Shown here piece after piece: positions 51,063-64,000 of a stretch of DNA of 64,000 nt. This DNA comes from Octopus sinensis (lineage: Eukaryota). Location: the NCBI RefSeq assembly GCF_006345805.1, contig NC_043010.1, positions 21,328,001 to 21,392,000 on the forward strand, in the 5' to 3' direction. A program made the translations under genes and the position numbers. A model generated the notes under the pieces. It worked only from the letters and a program-made list of their open reading frames with translations. It was not told the origin of the DNA and searched no databases. Every line of letters starts with the position of its first letter. Within the stretch, counting starts at the first letter, position 1.

Positions 51063-52258
51063 TTCCAAAAACCATTAACCCTATATCATCATTTTTCGTC
51101 TATTTTGAAACGATGAATACATCAACCTCAAATGGCAAAATCCATCTTGCTGGACAGAAAGATGGTTTTACAGGGTCTTTTTTTTATTTTGTTGACGTCA
51201 CACCCAAGGAAAAAATAACATTGAATATGAATAAGAGCGAATGTTTCATTTCTCTTTGAGCAGTGATAATTCACTGCTCTTCCCAAGTGAGTCTAACTTG
51301 ATGAACCACGCGTCGTTGTGTCTACAAATAAAGCGTGAGACTTCAACATAACGTGTCTAGAATTTTCTTAGTAGCATCGATTGGTTATATTTCTTCTTCT
51401 AATTTGTCTTTTATATATTTTTTTGTGACCGAACAATTTTTCGTGTATTTTTTCGTATTTTTCTATTCTTGTCAAAACAAAAAAAAATAAATAAATAAAC
51501 ACCCCCAAAAAACTAATGAATAAAATAGTAACACAAAAGAGCTGCAACTTTATTTTTAAATTTCGATGTGTGTTATGGGAGTGAAGCACGAAATTCTATC
51601 CATAAACACGGCCATTCTTTGCTGAAGTAATCAATATAGGTTTATAATTTTGTTCGGACGTTAAAAGAAATGATTAGAACCGAGGTCAGGGGAGGAGGAT
51701 AAATATTCCTGATGCGGAATCAGACGGGAGACCTGAATTGCTTCGCTTAGTTAACATTGATATGACAGCATTCATTATAACAATAAGATTTATGAATGAA
51801 GACTGTGATTGTTCATTTATTCAGAAATATGATGTAGTTGTATAAATGTTCTTGAGAGCAGCTTATATGTAAATAAAAAAGACTCTGTAGATAACTTATG
51901 GCAGATACGAAGGGGTCCATTTCGGTTTTATCTTCTAAGAACCAATAAATACAGCGGAGAAATTTGCTTCTTGTTTTCTTCTTTCTTCTGCCTGGTTCCT
52001 TTCACTGAATGTAGGAATAGAGATACATTTAATTTAAGTATATTTACGGTATTGCAATGGCGATACAGCCTGCAGCATATCGACTAAATCATAGTAATCT
52101 GTTGCATGGAGATCAGGGAGATTAGAATGTATTAGAAATACTCACTGATACTTGAGATGTATGGGTTGCGTGAGTATCGACGATTTTAGAACTGTAGATA
52201 TTAATATTCCGTATATGATATTGCATGATATTACACGAATAACAACAGACACACGCGT

Positions 52259-52340
<82 letters not shown>

Positions 52341-54024
52341 ACACACACACACACACAAATAGATAAATAGACATGTATGAACAACGAGTAAAACTACGGG
52401 AGTACATTCGCCTAGAGAGATATCATATGGATATCATACACGCACACGTGCACACACACACACACTCACATTCGTTAGCTGATGAGGGTTTCAGTCGCTA
52501 CTCGGAGTTTATCAATATTTTACTGATAAGCAGAAAACATGTCTTCTAAATTTTTACTGCAATAAAGCTGCAAAAATTGCCCGGGTTTATAGGGAAGGTT
52601 TTCTGACTGACTCCTTTTCTGACTCTCATAATGCTATTTATCTCGTGTATGAAGACTCGATCCATCGCTGAACATCAATGAGATATGATATAACAGTCAG
52701 AGGTCTGTTCAATCAATGGTGTGCCAGCTTCTTTTCTTTACTTCAATTGAAGGCGTTCAGTACTTTCACTTCAAGTAAAGGAGCTCTACTAAGGTTGAAG
52801 TTTCTGGTGGTGAGTTGTAGTTTTCGGGTTTTAATGCCATTAACACGGAGTGTCTGTTAGCTGAAACGTTGGCTCAACACTGGAATAGCAAGATCATTGT
52901 GGGTTGATGTTTCATTGTGTACATTAAGTTAGCTCTGCGTTCTGTCGTTGAGAAAAACACATCATTTCACGTTGCTCCAGCTCGATCATTAGAAAATGTG
53001 TAACCTGGCGACGGATTGGCTTACAAGAGTGAAATGATGACTCACAAAAACCACCCGAATAGATGTTTCGGGGGCCACGTTTTGTATTCAGCAATCAAAA
53101 GGATGAATAACCCAACCTCTTCTGTGAATTCCTGCTGGTTGGGATTTGTTGTTCAACCACGTCGAGGGTTGAATGAATGAATGAAGCTCTGAAGATCACG
53201 TTTTTTCAACCGCATGTAATAGTCTCAGGTTACATTTACTTAGTTACAAAAACCATCGTAGGATATATTTTCATCCTGTCTTTGATATATTTATACTCGT
53301 TGTCGGATACCATGGAAATAGCGCATAGAGATGGTTGCTGGACTGTCTAGTAGTGTTTCTGTATATGCTCATCAGTTAGAGCCATTTGCAAAAGAACTCC
53401 ATATCCATATTCTTTGATATGCCGTTAGCATATTAAGGTTATTCTTCATATAATTTTGCCCTCCACTTTTATGTAATTTCCAAACACATTTATGCGTCAT
53501 GCTTGCATTTCTGTTTTCCTCAGAACTACCAATATACCAGTCAGTTTTTATGTACGGAAAGAATAAGTGTTCTAAATTTCAGCTGCATCTCATTTAAATA
53601 CTTTATTTGATCTGAAATTATACAATTATTTCCTGTACTCCAGGAATATGTCTCAAGGTGAAGTCAGGTCGACTTGTGTCTTGGTTATTCTCTGGAAACC
53701 TTAGTAAGTTTTGTGAAATCTTTCATCTAAAAGTGCAACCAAATAAGTCCGGCCCCACTTTTGACACGACAGGTTCGTTGATTAGAATTTGTATATCTAT
53801 CAAATCGTTGCCTCTTGTAACCATCACAGTATTCTTGGAGGAGGAGTATATTTTTACTCAATCAGCTCTGATATGGAATTGGTCGCTAGCTATTTGTTTC
53901 TCTAAGAGTTTTCGGGTAATCGTTATGTTATTCCCTATTGCCTATCGAAGCTCGGATTTTGAATGAATGATCTGTTGTATAAATCTATTATGTATTTATG
54001 CATATATGTATTATGTGTTTTGTA

Positions 54025-55286
54025 TGTAATGGTATCAAAACGTTTCCGACGAGTTATGTAGCGCACCAACGGATTGCAATACACAGTTGCGTGCGCAGTG
54101 AGAGCTAGCAGCGACATCTGCGAGGCAGTGTGCTGAGTGACATCGCTGTGAAATTTGTGTTTTTGTGATCACGTGTATACTGTAGTCTGCGATTTCCTTA
54201 TGCTCAGGAAGTTTGGACGATGAGCCAGGGTGAAAGTTTGTGTTCAACTTGGGAAGTCTGCTGCGACGATATTCAGCATGCTTCGGCAAGCTTACGGCAA
54301 CGAGACAATGAGTCGTACGCAATGTTCCTAATGGCACGGGTGCTTCAAAAGCAGAGGAACCTCCCTGAAAGATGACGAGCGATCTGGAAGAACTGCCACG
54401 AGTGCCACCACCGGAAATGTGCAGAAAATTCTTCAGCTTGTGCATGAGGATCGGCGGAGAATATCAACGACTGATGTAGTTGGTCTGTCGTATGGGTCCG
54501 TGTAGGTAATCCTAACGCCTGAATAGAATATGCGACATGTCTCTGACCAGTTTGTCCCCCGACTGCTGACCACTAAGCAGAAAGATCATCGCATCGAAGT
54601 CTGCCAAGATCTCCGTCAGCGTACCGCTCATGACCTATTCTTTGATCATCAACAGTGACGAGAGTTGGGTCTATGACCGTGAGACGAAGCAGCTTTTCAT
54701 CTCCACGACCGAAGAAGGCGCGACAGAGCCACAGCTCAATCAAGAGTATGCTCATCGTGTTTCTCGACATCCGTGGTGTTACGCATTGAGAGTTCGTCCC
54801 CGCCCAGGCCCAGACTGTCAGTCGAGGGTTCTACTACAACGTTTTGAAGCGTTTGAAGTGGGACGTTCGGCGAAGGCAACCAGACCTGTGGAGCGCAAAG
54901 AATTAGATTTTTCATAACGACAACGCACCCTGTCATCGAACTCTCCTCAATCGTGATTTTCTCGCCACAAACAACATGGTGTCGCTTCTGCACTCACCTT
55001 ATTCACCAGATTTATCATCCATAGACTTTCATCTCTTCCACAAGATGAAAAGACAGCTCAAAGATCACCGTTTTAACACGTTTGTCGAGATCTGAAGTGA
55101 ATCGCAAGGAGGTCCTCGACCCCCGTGGGGATTGCCAAGCCGAATTCTCCAAAAGTGCCAGGAGCGCTAGAACTGGTTTATTGCTGCGCAAGGTGACTAT
55201 TTCGAAGGAGGTATTGTTAGAACTTGCGTATGTTATTTTTTCTTTATTAAATATAACTAGTCCGGGAACTTTTTGATACCTCCTCG
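54025..55286 (+). mobile_element. Near full-length mariner element, transposase inactivated by stops and frameshifts
   Basis: TA flanks at 54023-24 and 55287-88; TIR GGTATCAAAA.GTT.CCG (left one degenerate). KFVFNLGSL/GKS-type N-terminus, VPRLLT, SDESW, DNAPCH, YSPDL motifs. Confidence 0.9.
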
Positions 55287-55886
55287 TATATATTTGTGAG
55301 TAACGCATCTATGCACTTATACATGTATGTATTTATGTATGTATGTGTCGATATATGTATATGGGATTGTATCGATCTATTACGGGAGAATTCCTTCGTT
55401 GAACTACATTCATTAGTGTATGCAAAATTATATGACACGTGACTGGTGAAGGAGCCACTGGAATTACAGAAAATGATTAGGCGTTTACATGCTCTTCAGA
55501 ATTAGTTGTCTTTAACAATCGTATTCATCCGGGCTATTTCAACACGAACTATACTACAGGATATGCTCCGACATCGTGCTCTGTAACATTCATGAGCAGA
55601 CTTTGCTCTGCTTGTGTGAAACTTTCTCAAGGAGCAAGTAATAAAATAGATGTACAAATACCTTTGGGAACCGAAGACATCTTAACATATTAAACTGAAT
55701 TCTGCCGTATCGGGCTACTGGATCATATAATGAGATCAATTAAATGAACAGCATCCAACTATGGCGATGTATATTATGATGCCCTTTTCTATGTCAAATG
55801 GCAGTAAGAATCATGTCATGTCGTGCCTCCGACCGTGTTCTTAGGCTTGTTCCTTTTTGCCGTTTAGATTTTGACATTGATTTGAC

Positions 55887-58161
55887 AAATATTTAATTCA
55901 GATCCACTCTCGCCTCTTTATCTAACAGAAAGTTAATATAGAATCCCGAAATAGTAACTAAATGTTTATTATTTCTGAAGTCTACCAAAAATAATACATT
56001 TACATTCTTTCACAGAACAACAACAACAAAAAAAGAAAAAAGAAAAGAAACAGAAATTGAATGAGGGAATCATAAATGCTGAACACAAAACAGGAGAATG
56101 ACTTTAATTGTAATTTTCTCTTTTAAATTTCATATAATAAAAGCGATTTAGTAGTTTTTGCTATGTCAGTCATATTTGCTCTTGTATTTTGGGAAATTTC
56201 AAATTCACAGCTGAGAGAAAAAAACAAAAAGAATTCGTTTGGAATTTACAGTGAAGCATTATCATTGTTTAGAGTAAAACTAAAACAATTTCACGTCATG
56301 TTTTCTACTTAGACATAGCTTAAAATTGCACTTAATTTGATGTCTGCCTCTTTTCTCTTTCCTGTACACATATCTACGAAACATCACTATATCACTAAGT
56401 TCAGTGATAAATATTGAAGACTAAATTAATATTATTTTGAGAAAGAAGACAAATAAATATTTGAAAACGTAAACAGATTTCACTAAATTGAAATATAAGT
56501 TCACTTGGTTAAAATAAAATTAAATTGTTTAGAACTACAAAATAAACAGAGAAATGCACATATTGAGATTTTATAATCAATAACAATGTCAATAGAAAAT
56601 AATTTTTACGTCTAAGAGGATTATTATGTTCCCAGCGCTGTGAATCGTCAATAACAAACCAAACTGTACATAATTTATCCTACTTTACAAAGAAATTTTT
56701 GAATAGTTTGTCATACAAATTAACTGTTAGTTGTCTCTTTCTTTGTTTTGAAGAGATTCAAATCTGGCTGAAATTAACCAGTGTCTTGTCCATTATATGT
56801 TACAGCACAGTGGCAAAAATACGATCCAAGAATTATTTTCAAATAAAATCTACAATTCTTAGAAATTGTTGATGGTCTGCATCAGCAAGAGTTAATATAC
56901 AGGGGAGAATCTTAAAATATTTCGATAAACTTCAACGACTGTGGAGAGAAATACTAAATTACAAGTTATTCCCCATTTGGCTGAGAGCGATGAAGGGAGG
57001 AAAAGAGCCGTTCTATGTTTAGTTGCAAACAAGTAAACGATATGTGGATGAAACTGCGACAATATATCTCCACAACTTGGTTTCTATGGCAGAGCAGCAG
57101 GAAGGAAGCCACCTTTTAAACCAGCCAGTATCAAGTGGAAAAAAGATTGCGTCAGTGAGATGAAGGAGTGGCCGCTAGCATTTTGGGACACTATCATATT
57201 CTCAGATGAGTCCAGATTTACTGAATTTTCTGACAGTGGTTCAGTTTGGGTCTGAAAACTCTGATCAAGGATTTGACGTGAAAAGATTACAGCCAACCAT
57301 GAAACAAGGCAGCTATTCTGTGATGATCTGGGGAGTAATTTGGAGCAATGGTCAATCAGAGCTGGTGGAGAGTGATGGAAATACATATTTATCCGAGAAA
57401 CTCTGATAAATATGTGTCTATATTGCAGAAAGGACTCCTTCCAATCTTCTCCAATGATGAAATTATTTAAGCAGATTCTTTATTTATGTCACACGACTAA
57501 AAAGATTCATGATTTGTTGGAAAAGAATGGCATTAAGAAACTTCCATGGCCAAGTCAGTCACCAGATATGAACTATGTTCAATACCCATGTGGCATAATG
57601 GTCAGGACACTTCACAAAAAGAACAAGAAAGCATCCTCAAAGTCAGACCTTTTGAGATTACTGCATGAAATGTGGCAAGAAATTCCGCAAGAGAATATTC
57701 ATCATCTTATCAGTAGCATGCCTTATAGGATCCTTGAATTGAAGAAATGCAAAGGGCATGTCTGTTAAAAATTAAATATTCACATCATAATAATTAATAT
57801 ATAATCTGAATGTATAATTTCAGATTTAAATAAATTTTAATGATTATAAGAGTCTATTTACTTCTGTCATGTGTGCGTGTGTGTATACAATATTGCGACT
57901 AGAAACTCACGAAGCTCTTACAATACACCTGATTTATGTCATTCTCTTGTTTTGTGTTCAACATTTATGATTCCCTGATTCATAAGATGTTATTCCTGTT
58001 TCTTTTCTTCTTTTTTTGTTGTTGTTGTTGTTCTGTGAAAGGATGTAAATGTATTATTTTTGGTAGGCTTCAGAAATAATAAACATTTAGTTACTATTTC
58101 GGGATTCTATATTAACTTTCTGTTAGATAAAGAGGTGAGAGTGGATCTGAATTGAATATTG
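55887..58161. repeat. About 215-bp inverted repeats (55887-56102 / 57938-58161) enclosing 1.8 kb
   Basis: AATTCAGATCCACTCTC.CCTCTTTATCTAACAGAAAGTTAATATAGAATCCCGAAATAG... reappears reverse-complemented with few substitutions and one indel. Confidence 0.9.
57030..57860 (+). mobile_element. Tc1-family transposase fragment, decayed
   Basis: RQYLHNLGFYGRAAGRKP, IIFSDES, LQPTMKQGSYSVMIWG, GIKKLPWPSQSPDMN, WQEIPQENIHHLISSMPYRI. Confidence 0.85.
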
Positions 58162-58564
58162 TTGATGCCTTTCACCATTGATATGCCTCATAATTAATTA
58201 GACATATTTGAAGCTATGACCAATATGTACAGGAAATAACTGAACGGAAGAACAACTCCGGAAAATATTCACATAATTACTAAATATGCACATATTTATC
58301 TTAAGGTAAATTGTTTAGATATATAGAAGCTGCTGCAACTAATTTCTTCAAGCAGTGGAAAAAGAGGTATCTTCGAGAGAAGTTTTTATATAAATAGAAT
58401 TCTACTACCGGAGATTTTATGTGACATTGGTGGACGGCAATCCCCAATCCAACTGTGTAATATTTACTTCAATTTGGCTTCACTCTAGAAGCTTTTTTTA
58501 TCGACAGGGTGAATGGAGTACCGTCTTCATTTTCTACTTCAATCCCGTCATGTATATTGGATTC

Positions 58565-58768
58565 AAAATTTTGACGCAAGGTAAACAATTTTGAGGAGAG
58601 AGTAAGTAGTTTACATCCGCCCCAGTGCTCCACTGGTACTTATTTTATCCACCTCGAAAGGATGACAGACATAGTAGACGTCGCTGGAATTTGAACTTAG
58701 AACGTAAAAACCGGCGAATTTCTGCATTTTGCCCTGCGTGATGTCGATCCTGCCAGCTCGCCGCCCTA
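58565..58768 (-). mobile_element. tRNA-derived SINE (family 2), degenerate
   Basis: GTACTTATTTTATC, GGAATTTGAACT, TGCCAGCTCGCCGCC blocks. Confidence 0.7.
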
Positions 58769-58889
58769 ACTTTTCGCCATCTATATTAAACCATCGAGTT
58801 TTAAGATACAAGATCTAATCTCCCTGGGTTTGTTTAGAAATATTTCAAGCACTTCAGGTCTCATACTAAACTGGAGACCTGTTTGTCTA

Positions 58890-59264
58890 TCTCTCTCTAT
58901 ATAAACGGCAGTTTGTCTGTGCGTGTTTCTGTGTGTCTGTTTGCTTGTACCCTCACCCTGACCACGGCTTTCAACCGATTCTGATGAAAGTTGACACACA
59001 CATAGCCCAATGTCATAATTCAAAACTAACGCAGCGAAAATTTTGAAAAGTTCCCCCAGTTCTGAAAAAAATCGATAAATTCGACATGGGGTCGAGAATC
59101 AGAAACACGAACCACAAACTGTCTAGGGGACGCAACTCCACCTTTTTTAAATCTCAAAAAAAAATTTACCATCATTTTTTTGCTATTTTTTGGCTATAAC
59201 TCTCTAAAAATGCTTTATAGTTATTTCCCTTACAAACCTGAGCAACGCCGGGCGATACTGCTAG
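58890..59264 (+). mobile_element. Non-autonomous Helitron
   Basis: Preceded by A, starts TC..TATATAAA, subterminal hairpin CCTGAGCAACGCCGGG, ends CTAG followed by T. Confidence 0.8.
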
Positions 59265-60345
59265 TAAATAAATAAAAAGCATTTTACTACGCTTGATATC
59301 ACGTATAACGGTGAGCCATTCCAATTCCAATCAGTTCCAAACCCAATTTAGAGACGGGGAACTACAATTTACATAATACACCTAATATAATTCCTTAATT
59401 ATTGTTTACTTAAAACATCCTCAGATTTCGTAGTGTGTATAGATCAATTTATACAGAATTTATATCGATTTCTAATATATCTCTATCGATTTATATATCC
59501 TATTAAACCTGTTCATTGTTTTCTTCATATAATACCTACATTATCTAACATGCTCCAACTACTTTCCTCTCATTTATTCATGGTTCGCTTAAAAAACTAA
59601 TAGAATTTTCAGTGCTACCAAATCCTCGACACAAATGGTATCTCTATTTACTTCCCATGTGATTTTCTCAGATACTTTTGCATCAGTACTTCGTCATGAA
59701 ATCTTAAAGGTAACGCGGGTTATCTTCTCCTGATGGCATCATGATGGGTTGAAATGATCCGTGAATTATGGACAGACTAGCTCTAAGAATATTTTAATGT
59801 TTTTTTTATATATCATTGTTATATGGTTTTATTTATTTCCTTGACCGATATCCGCTCCATTTGAAGTCCAAGTGTTATATAGATGATGACTTAAAATTCT
59901 TTACACATAAATCGTGAATGTTATTCTACAGCTTCGGTTCATTTTAATTCACATTTCTGCAAGGATTTGATCTGAACAAACTTTCATGTTGTGAAGTTGA
60001 ACATACTTTCTCAACAGAATATACAATACAACTAATTATATATCAGAAAACTAGCTCGTTAACAAAATCGCTATTAGTGATGAAAGCTGTATTTATACCG
60101 AGAAGTAGCGTTTATCGCCACCTATCGTGGGTGTTCTCAGATGACAGTCGACAGTGTTATTTTAACCCCAGGAGGACGCCTCCTGCAGTTGGTTGTTCAG
60201 TGCTCCTCGGCAGGACATATATTGCAAGCGAGGAGAGAATTCTTTATGTATTTGTAATATTGTATTTGTAATACGTGTCGCATGTGTCTCATTTTCCCTT
60301 TCAGCCACACTAACCTCTTGCAACATCCAATTCCTTATTTTCACA

Positions 60346-60740
60346 TCTTTATATATAAAAGTAAGGTTGTGTGTCTGTCTCCTACGATTTAGATTCCTAA
60401 CTACTCCCACATTTTGCGGTGCAGTTTAACCAAAACCGGGTATCTTATAGTCGTGATTCATATCGAGCCCTTCTGGGTATTAGCGCGCGTCTACGATGAG
60501 TCTACGATTTAAAAAAAACTTACCATAATTTTTTTCCATTTTAATGCATTTTGTCGCTATTATATAAGGGAAGTAACTCTCTAAAAATGTTTACGATGAG
60601 TCAACGATTTAAAAAAAATTACCATCATTTTTTTTCCATTTTTAATGCATGTTTTTGCTATTTTTTGGCTATAACTCTCTAAAAATGCTTATATAGTTAT
60701 TTCCCTTACAAACCCGAGCAATGCCGGGCGATACTGCTAG
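60346..60740 (+). mobile_element. Non-autonomous Helitron (different 5' half, shared 3' end)
   Basis: A|TCTTTATATATAAAA start, CCCGAGCAATGCCGGG hairpin, CTAG|T end; last 100 bp nearly identical to the 58890 copy. Confidence 0.8.
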
Positions 60741-60944
60741 TTTTAATTATAATAATGGAAAATTATTTTGTGCTTCATACGTAACTATCATGATCACAAG
60801 CTACTAACGTTAAAACACTTTTCTTTAATCTTCAGTATTGAGGTAATATAATTCTACACTCAATGTTTTACTTTCCCGAAATAAATATGTACCTCTATTC
60901 AATAAGAATGCTATATATATATATATATATATATAAATATATAT

Positions 60945-61550
60945 TCAACTTGTTTCAGTCCTTTGACTGCGGTCGTGCTGGGGCCCAGCCTTGAAGGATT
61001 TTAGTCAAACAAATTGAACTTAAAGCATATTTTTTTCTATTACTTATTTTGTCAGTGTCCTTGCCGAACCTCTACGTTACAGAAATCGAAATACATCATC
61101 ACTAGTTGTCATGCGGTGGTGTGAAACAAACACGGAAACAAAGACATACATACATCGTTAAATGTGACTAGACGCATATATATGTTGGTACGACTTTCGT
61201 CCCCATTGCAGTGCCTGATATTTGTAGATAATATAGATTATCAAAGAATAAGTTGTTGTTTTCTAGTTCTATCTGTAAACCTTCAAGTACAAATTCTTTT
61301 GAGACTCTCTCTTGAATTCTTTGTGGGTTTTTGTTTATCCAGAATTCCACTCCTTCTACTCCATATATATGGGGAATAATTGTGTAGAGACAATTTACGT
61401 ATGTGTGTATATGTATATATATATATATATATGACGGGCTTTTTAGTTTCTGTCTACCAAATCCACTTACACGGTTTTGGTCGGCCCAGTGCTATAGTAG
61501 AAAACACTTGCCGAGGTGTTACGCGCTGGGAGTGAAACCAATACCATGGG
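60945..61550 (-). mobile_element. Old family-1 SINE split by an insertion
   Basis: Tail half at 60945-61140, head half at 61432-61550. Confidence 0.65.
61170..61375 (-). mobile_element. Penelope-like RT fragment
   Basis: EFWINKNPQRIQERVSKEFVLEGLQIELENNNLFFDNLYYLQISGTAMGTKVVPTY (RT QxxGxAMG motif). Confidence 0.85.
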
Positions 61551-61585
61551 TATATATATGTATAACTAACTAACTTCACACACAC

Positions 61586-61617
<32 letters not shown>

Positions 61618-61618
61618 G

Positions 61619-61668
<50 letters not shown>

Positions 61669-62474
61669 GATATATATGCCAGTTTAAATTCATCACTACT
61701 TGATTTTTTAATCAGTCCCAAATGTTATATGTATCATTATCTACGAAAACTGGAATCCATCATTTGCTCTTTGATCAGTCACAAGCAGATTGTTGCATAT
61801 TCATTGTCTACACCAATCTTGTTTTTGCATCTTTCCTGACATCCATACTTATTTTCACGTATAAATCATTCATATTCATTTAATAATCATATCTATCTTG
61901 TACCAATTATAGAAAACCTCAACGCAAACTCTAATATCATAAGCAATAACGAACGATATTTATAATCACCGACTTCATTTAATTCTTTCCATATTAATTT
62001 ACATACAAACGTATAATATTTAACATTTTAATCTCTTATGAAATAATTTTATAGATTATTTTATTTGTCTCAGTTACCAAAACGTTCTAACGAACGGTTA
62101 CATGAAACGGAATAACTGTGTGAAGTTTTTCGGCTTCAATAAAATAGTATTATATTTTTCTTTTGGTATTGGTCTCTTATTTAGCCACACCTAGGTTTGC
62201 ACGTATATGCTTACCTGTGTACGTGCGTATGTGTGTATGTGTTCATGTATATGTGTGTGCATATGTATAGATATACACGTGCATATGTAAATATATACAT
62301 ATGTACATATATACATATGTATATATATGTATGTGCATATACATACATATATATATAAATATATACATATATTATACACATATATACACACACACATACG
62401 CAAACACACACGCACATATATATACCTGTAAATATATACACATATAGAAACACAAACATAAAAGTGTGTGTATA

Positions 62475-62517
<43 letters not shown>

Positions 62518-63255
62518 TACATATTCTTTTATATTTTAATAGACGGCAAAGTTGTTAACACGATAATTACTCTAACTAATAAAATAAAAAATGAAAAATA
62601 TGCTGAGTTGGAGAGAATGGTATACCTATTTCCTTTCTCATACACTGACTTAAACTTCTACTAATAGCATCTACTAAACTAACGATCTTCATAATTCGAT
62701 TCAGTTATTGCAAACGACTCGCCCTCAAATATGTGTTTCGTGTTCATTTTATAGCATAGAAGTGAAAGTTTCCGTTAATATCAATCTAAATAGGCGCCAT
62801 CACAGATGGATCTTTCTGAAAATATCTAGCTAAAACGATATTAAAGTTGTGAAAACTCTGCGCAAAAGGTTTCCTTCTGATAACATTGGAAAAGTGGTTA
62901 AAAATAATATAAAACGAAAATATATTCACATAAAATAAAAGACTAAAAATGGCGGAAAAAGAGAGATTGTCAAGTAAAAATTGAAGCTTGAATCGATTAT
63001 CGTATTTTAGTAGCTGGTTTGATTATTTTGTCACCTAATATTGTCTTCAGGAAATAACGGTAATAACAGCAGGCGCCTAATCGTCTCAGTTCTCTCTCTA
63101 TCTCTTAATTTCTCGTTGTCCCTTCTTTCACTTTTTCTCTAACCCACGCGCACACACACATTCTCTCTCTCTCCATTATGTATTTCTTACTATTCCTTCT
63201 CTCTTTTTCTTTCTTCCCTTATACTTCATGTTAGTAATGGAGGATATGCATGTAT

Positions 63256-63295
<40 letters not shown>

Positions 63296-64000
63296 CATAT
63301 ACATACATATATATATATATACGCATATACAACGACATATATTTTTATACATATATAATGTATATATATACATATATATATATGTATATGTATGTATATA
63401 TGTATGTATATACGACGACATATATATATATACATATATATATGTGTGTATACATATACATATATATATATATGTGTGTGTGAGTGTGTGTAAATTTACA
63501 TATGCACTTATATTATTATCCAACATTTCCTTCTGCTTCAATTCTCTATAACCACCACACGGCTTGCTGTTTAATCTACCACTTCTTGTTATTTTTTTAA
63601 TGCTTTTTGTTGTTGACACTGTTGTTGTTGTTGCTGTTGTTGTTGTTTTTCTCCTTCTTTTTCCTCGCCTTCTTCTTCTTTTTCTTCTTCTTCGCCATCG
63701 TATTGTACTTCTTATTTTTCTTCCTAACATCTTCCTGTTCAATTTCTCAATAGCTTATCTATTCCTCTATACATGAATATCCCTACACTTACCTGTGCAC
63801 ATAAGTACACATACCGTACTTGCATTTACATTCTAAAGAAACTCTACATACTCACACACATACACGCATACACACATCATATCGTTCGCTATCGAATAGA
63901 TGCATACGCAGAGCAAGACGCACGCGCTCTTGCATCGTTATTTACGAGTATTTCGAATTACGTTTGCGAATGTATCAAAAAGAGATTATACGAGTCTATA

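Noticed and set aside
63564-63776. Basic ORF (RRRRKRRRRRGKRRRKTTTT), protamine-like
   Set aside because: It arises from (CTT)n and (GTT)n microsatellites and runs into TA repeats.

Overview
AT-rich, microsatellite-saturated eukaryotic DNA. The repeat repertoire (tRNA-derived SINEs with internal CA/TA runs, long TA/TATC/CA arrays) resembles a coleoid cephalopod, probably Octopus; this is inferred from repeat recognition, not from a search. I found no host protein-coding gene, and most ORF-track entries are translations of microsatellites. The window is a graveyard of decayed mobile elements: several tRNA-derived SINE families, Tx1/L1-like, RTE and RLE-type LINE fragments, Penelope-like (PLE) RT and GIY-YIG fragments, mariner/Tc1 relics, MITEs, two non-autonomous Helitrons and one mutated initiator tRNA-Met. 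The most interesting hidden layer is a set of type I hammerhead ribozyme (HHR) motifs from at least six unrelated sequence families. Three have a CCGANGA (U4C) core, one family is linked to a tRNA-derived Pol III head, and most sit in fold-back (inverted-tail) structures. Also notable are a PLE fragment with a twin-priming-type inversion and a SINE whose 3' tail matches the Tx1 LINE 3' end.
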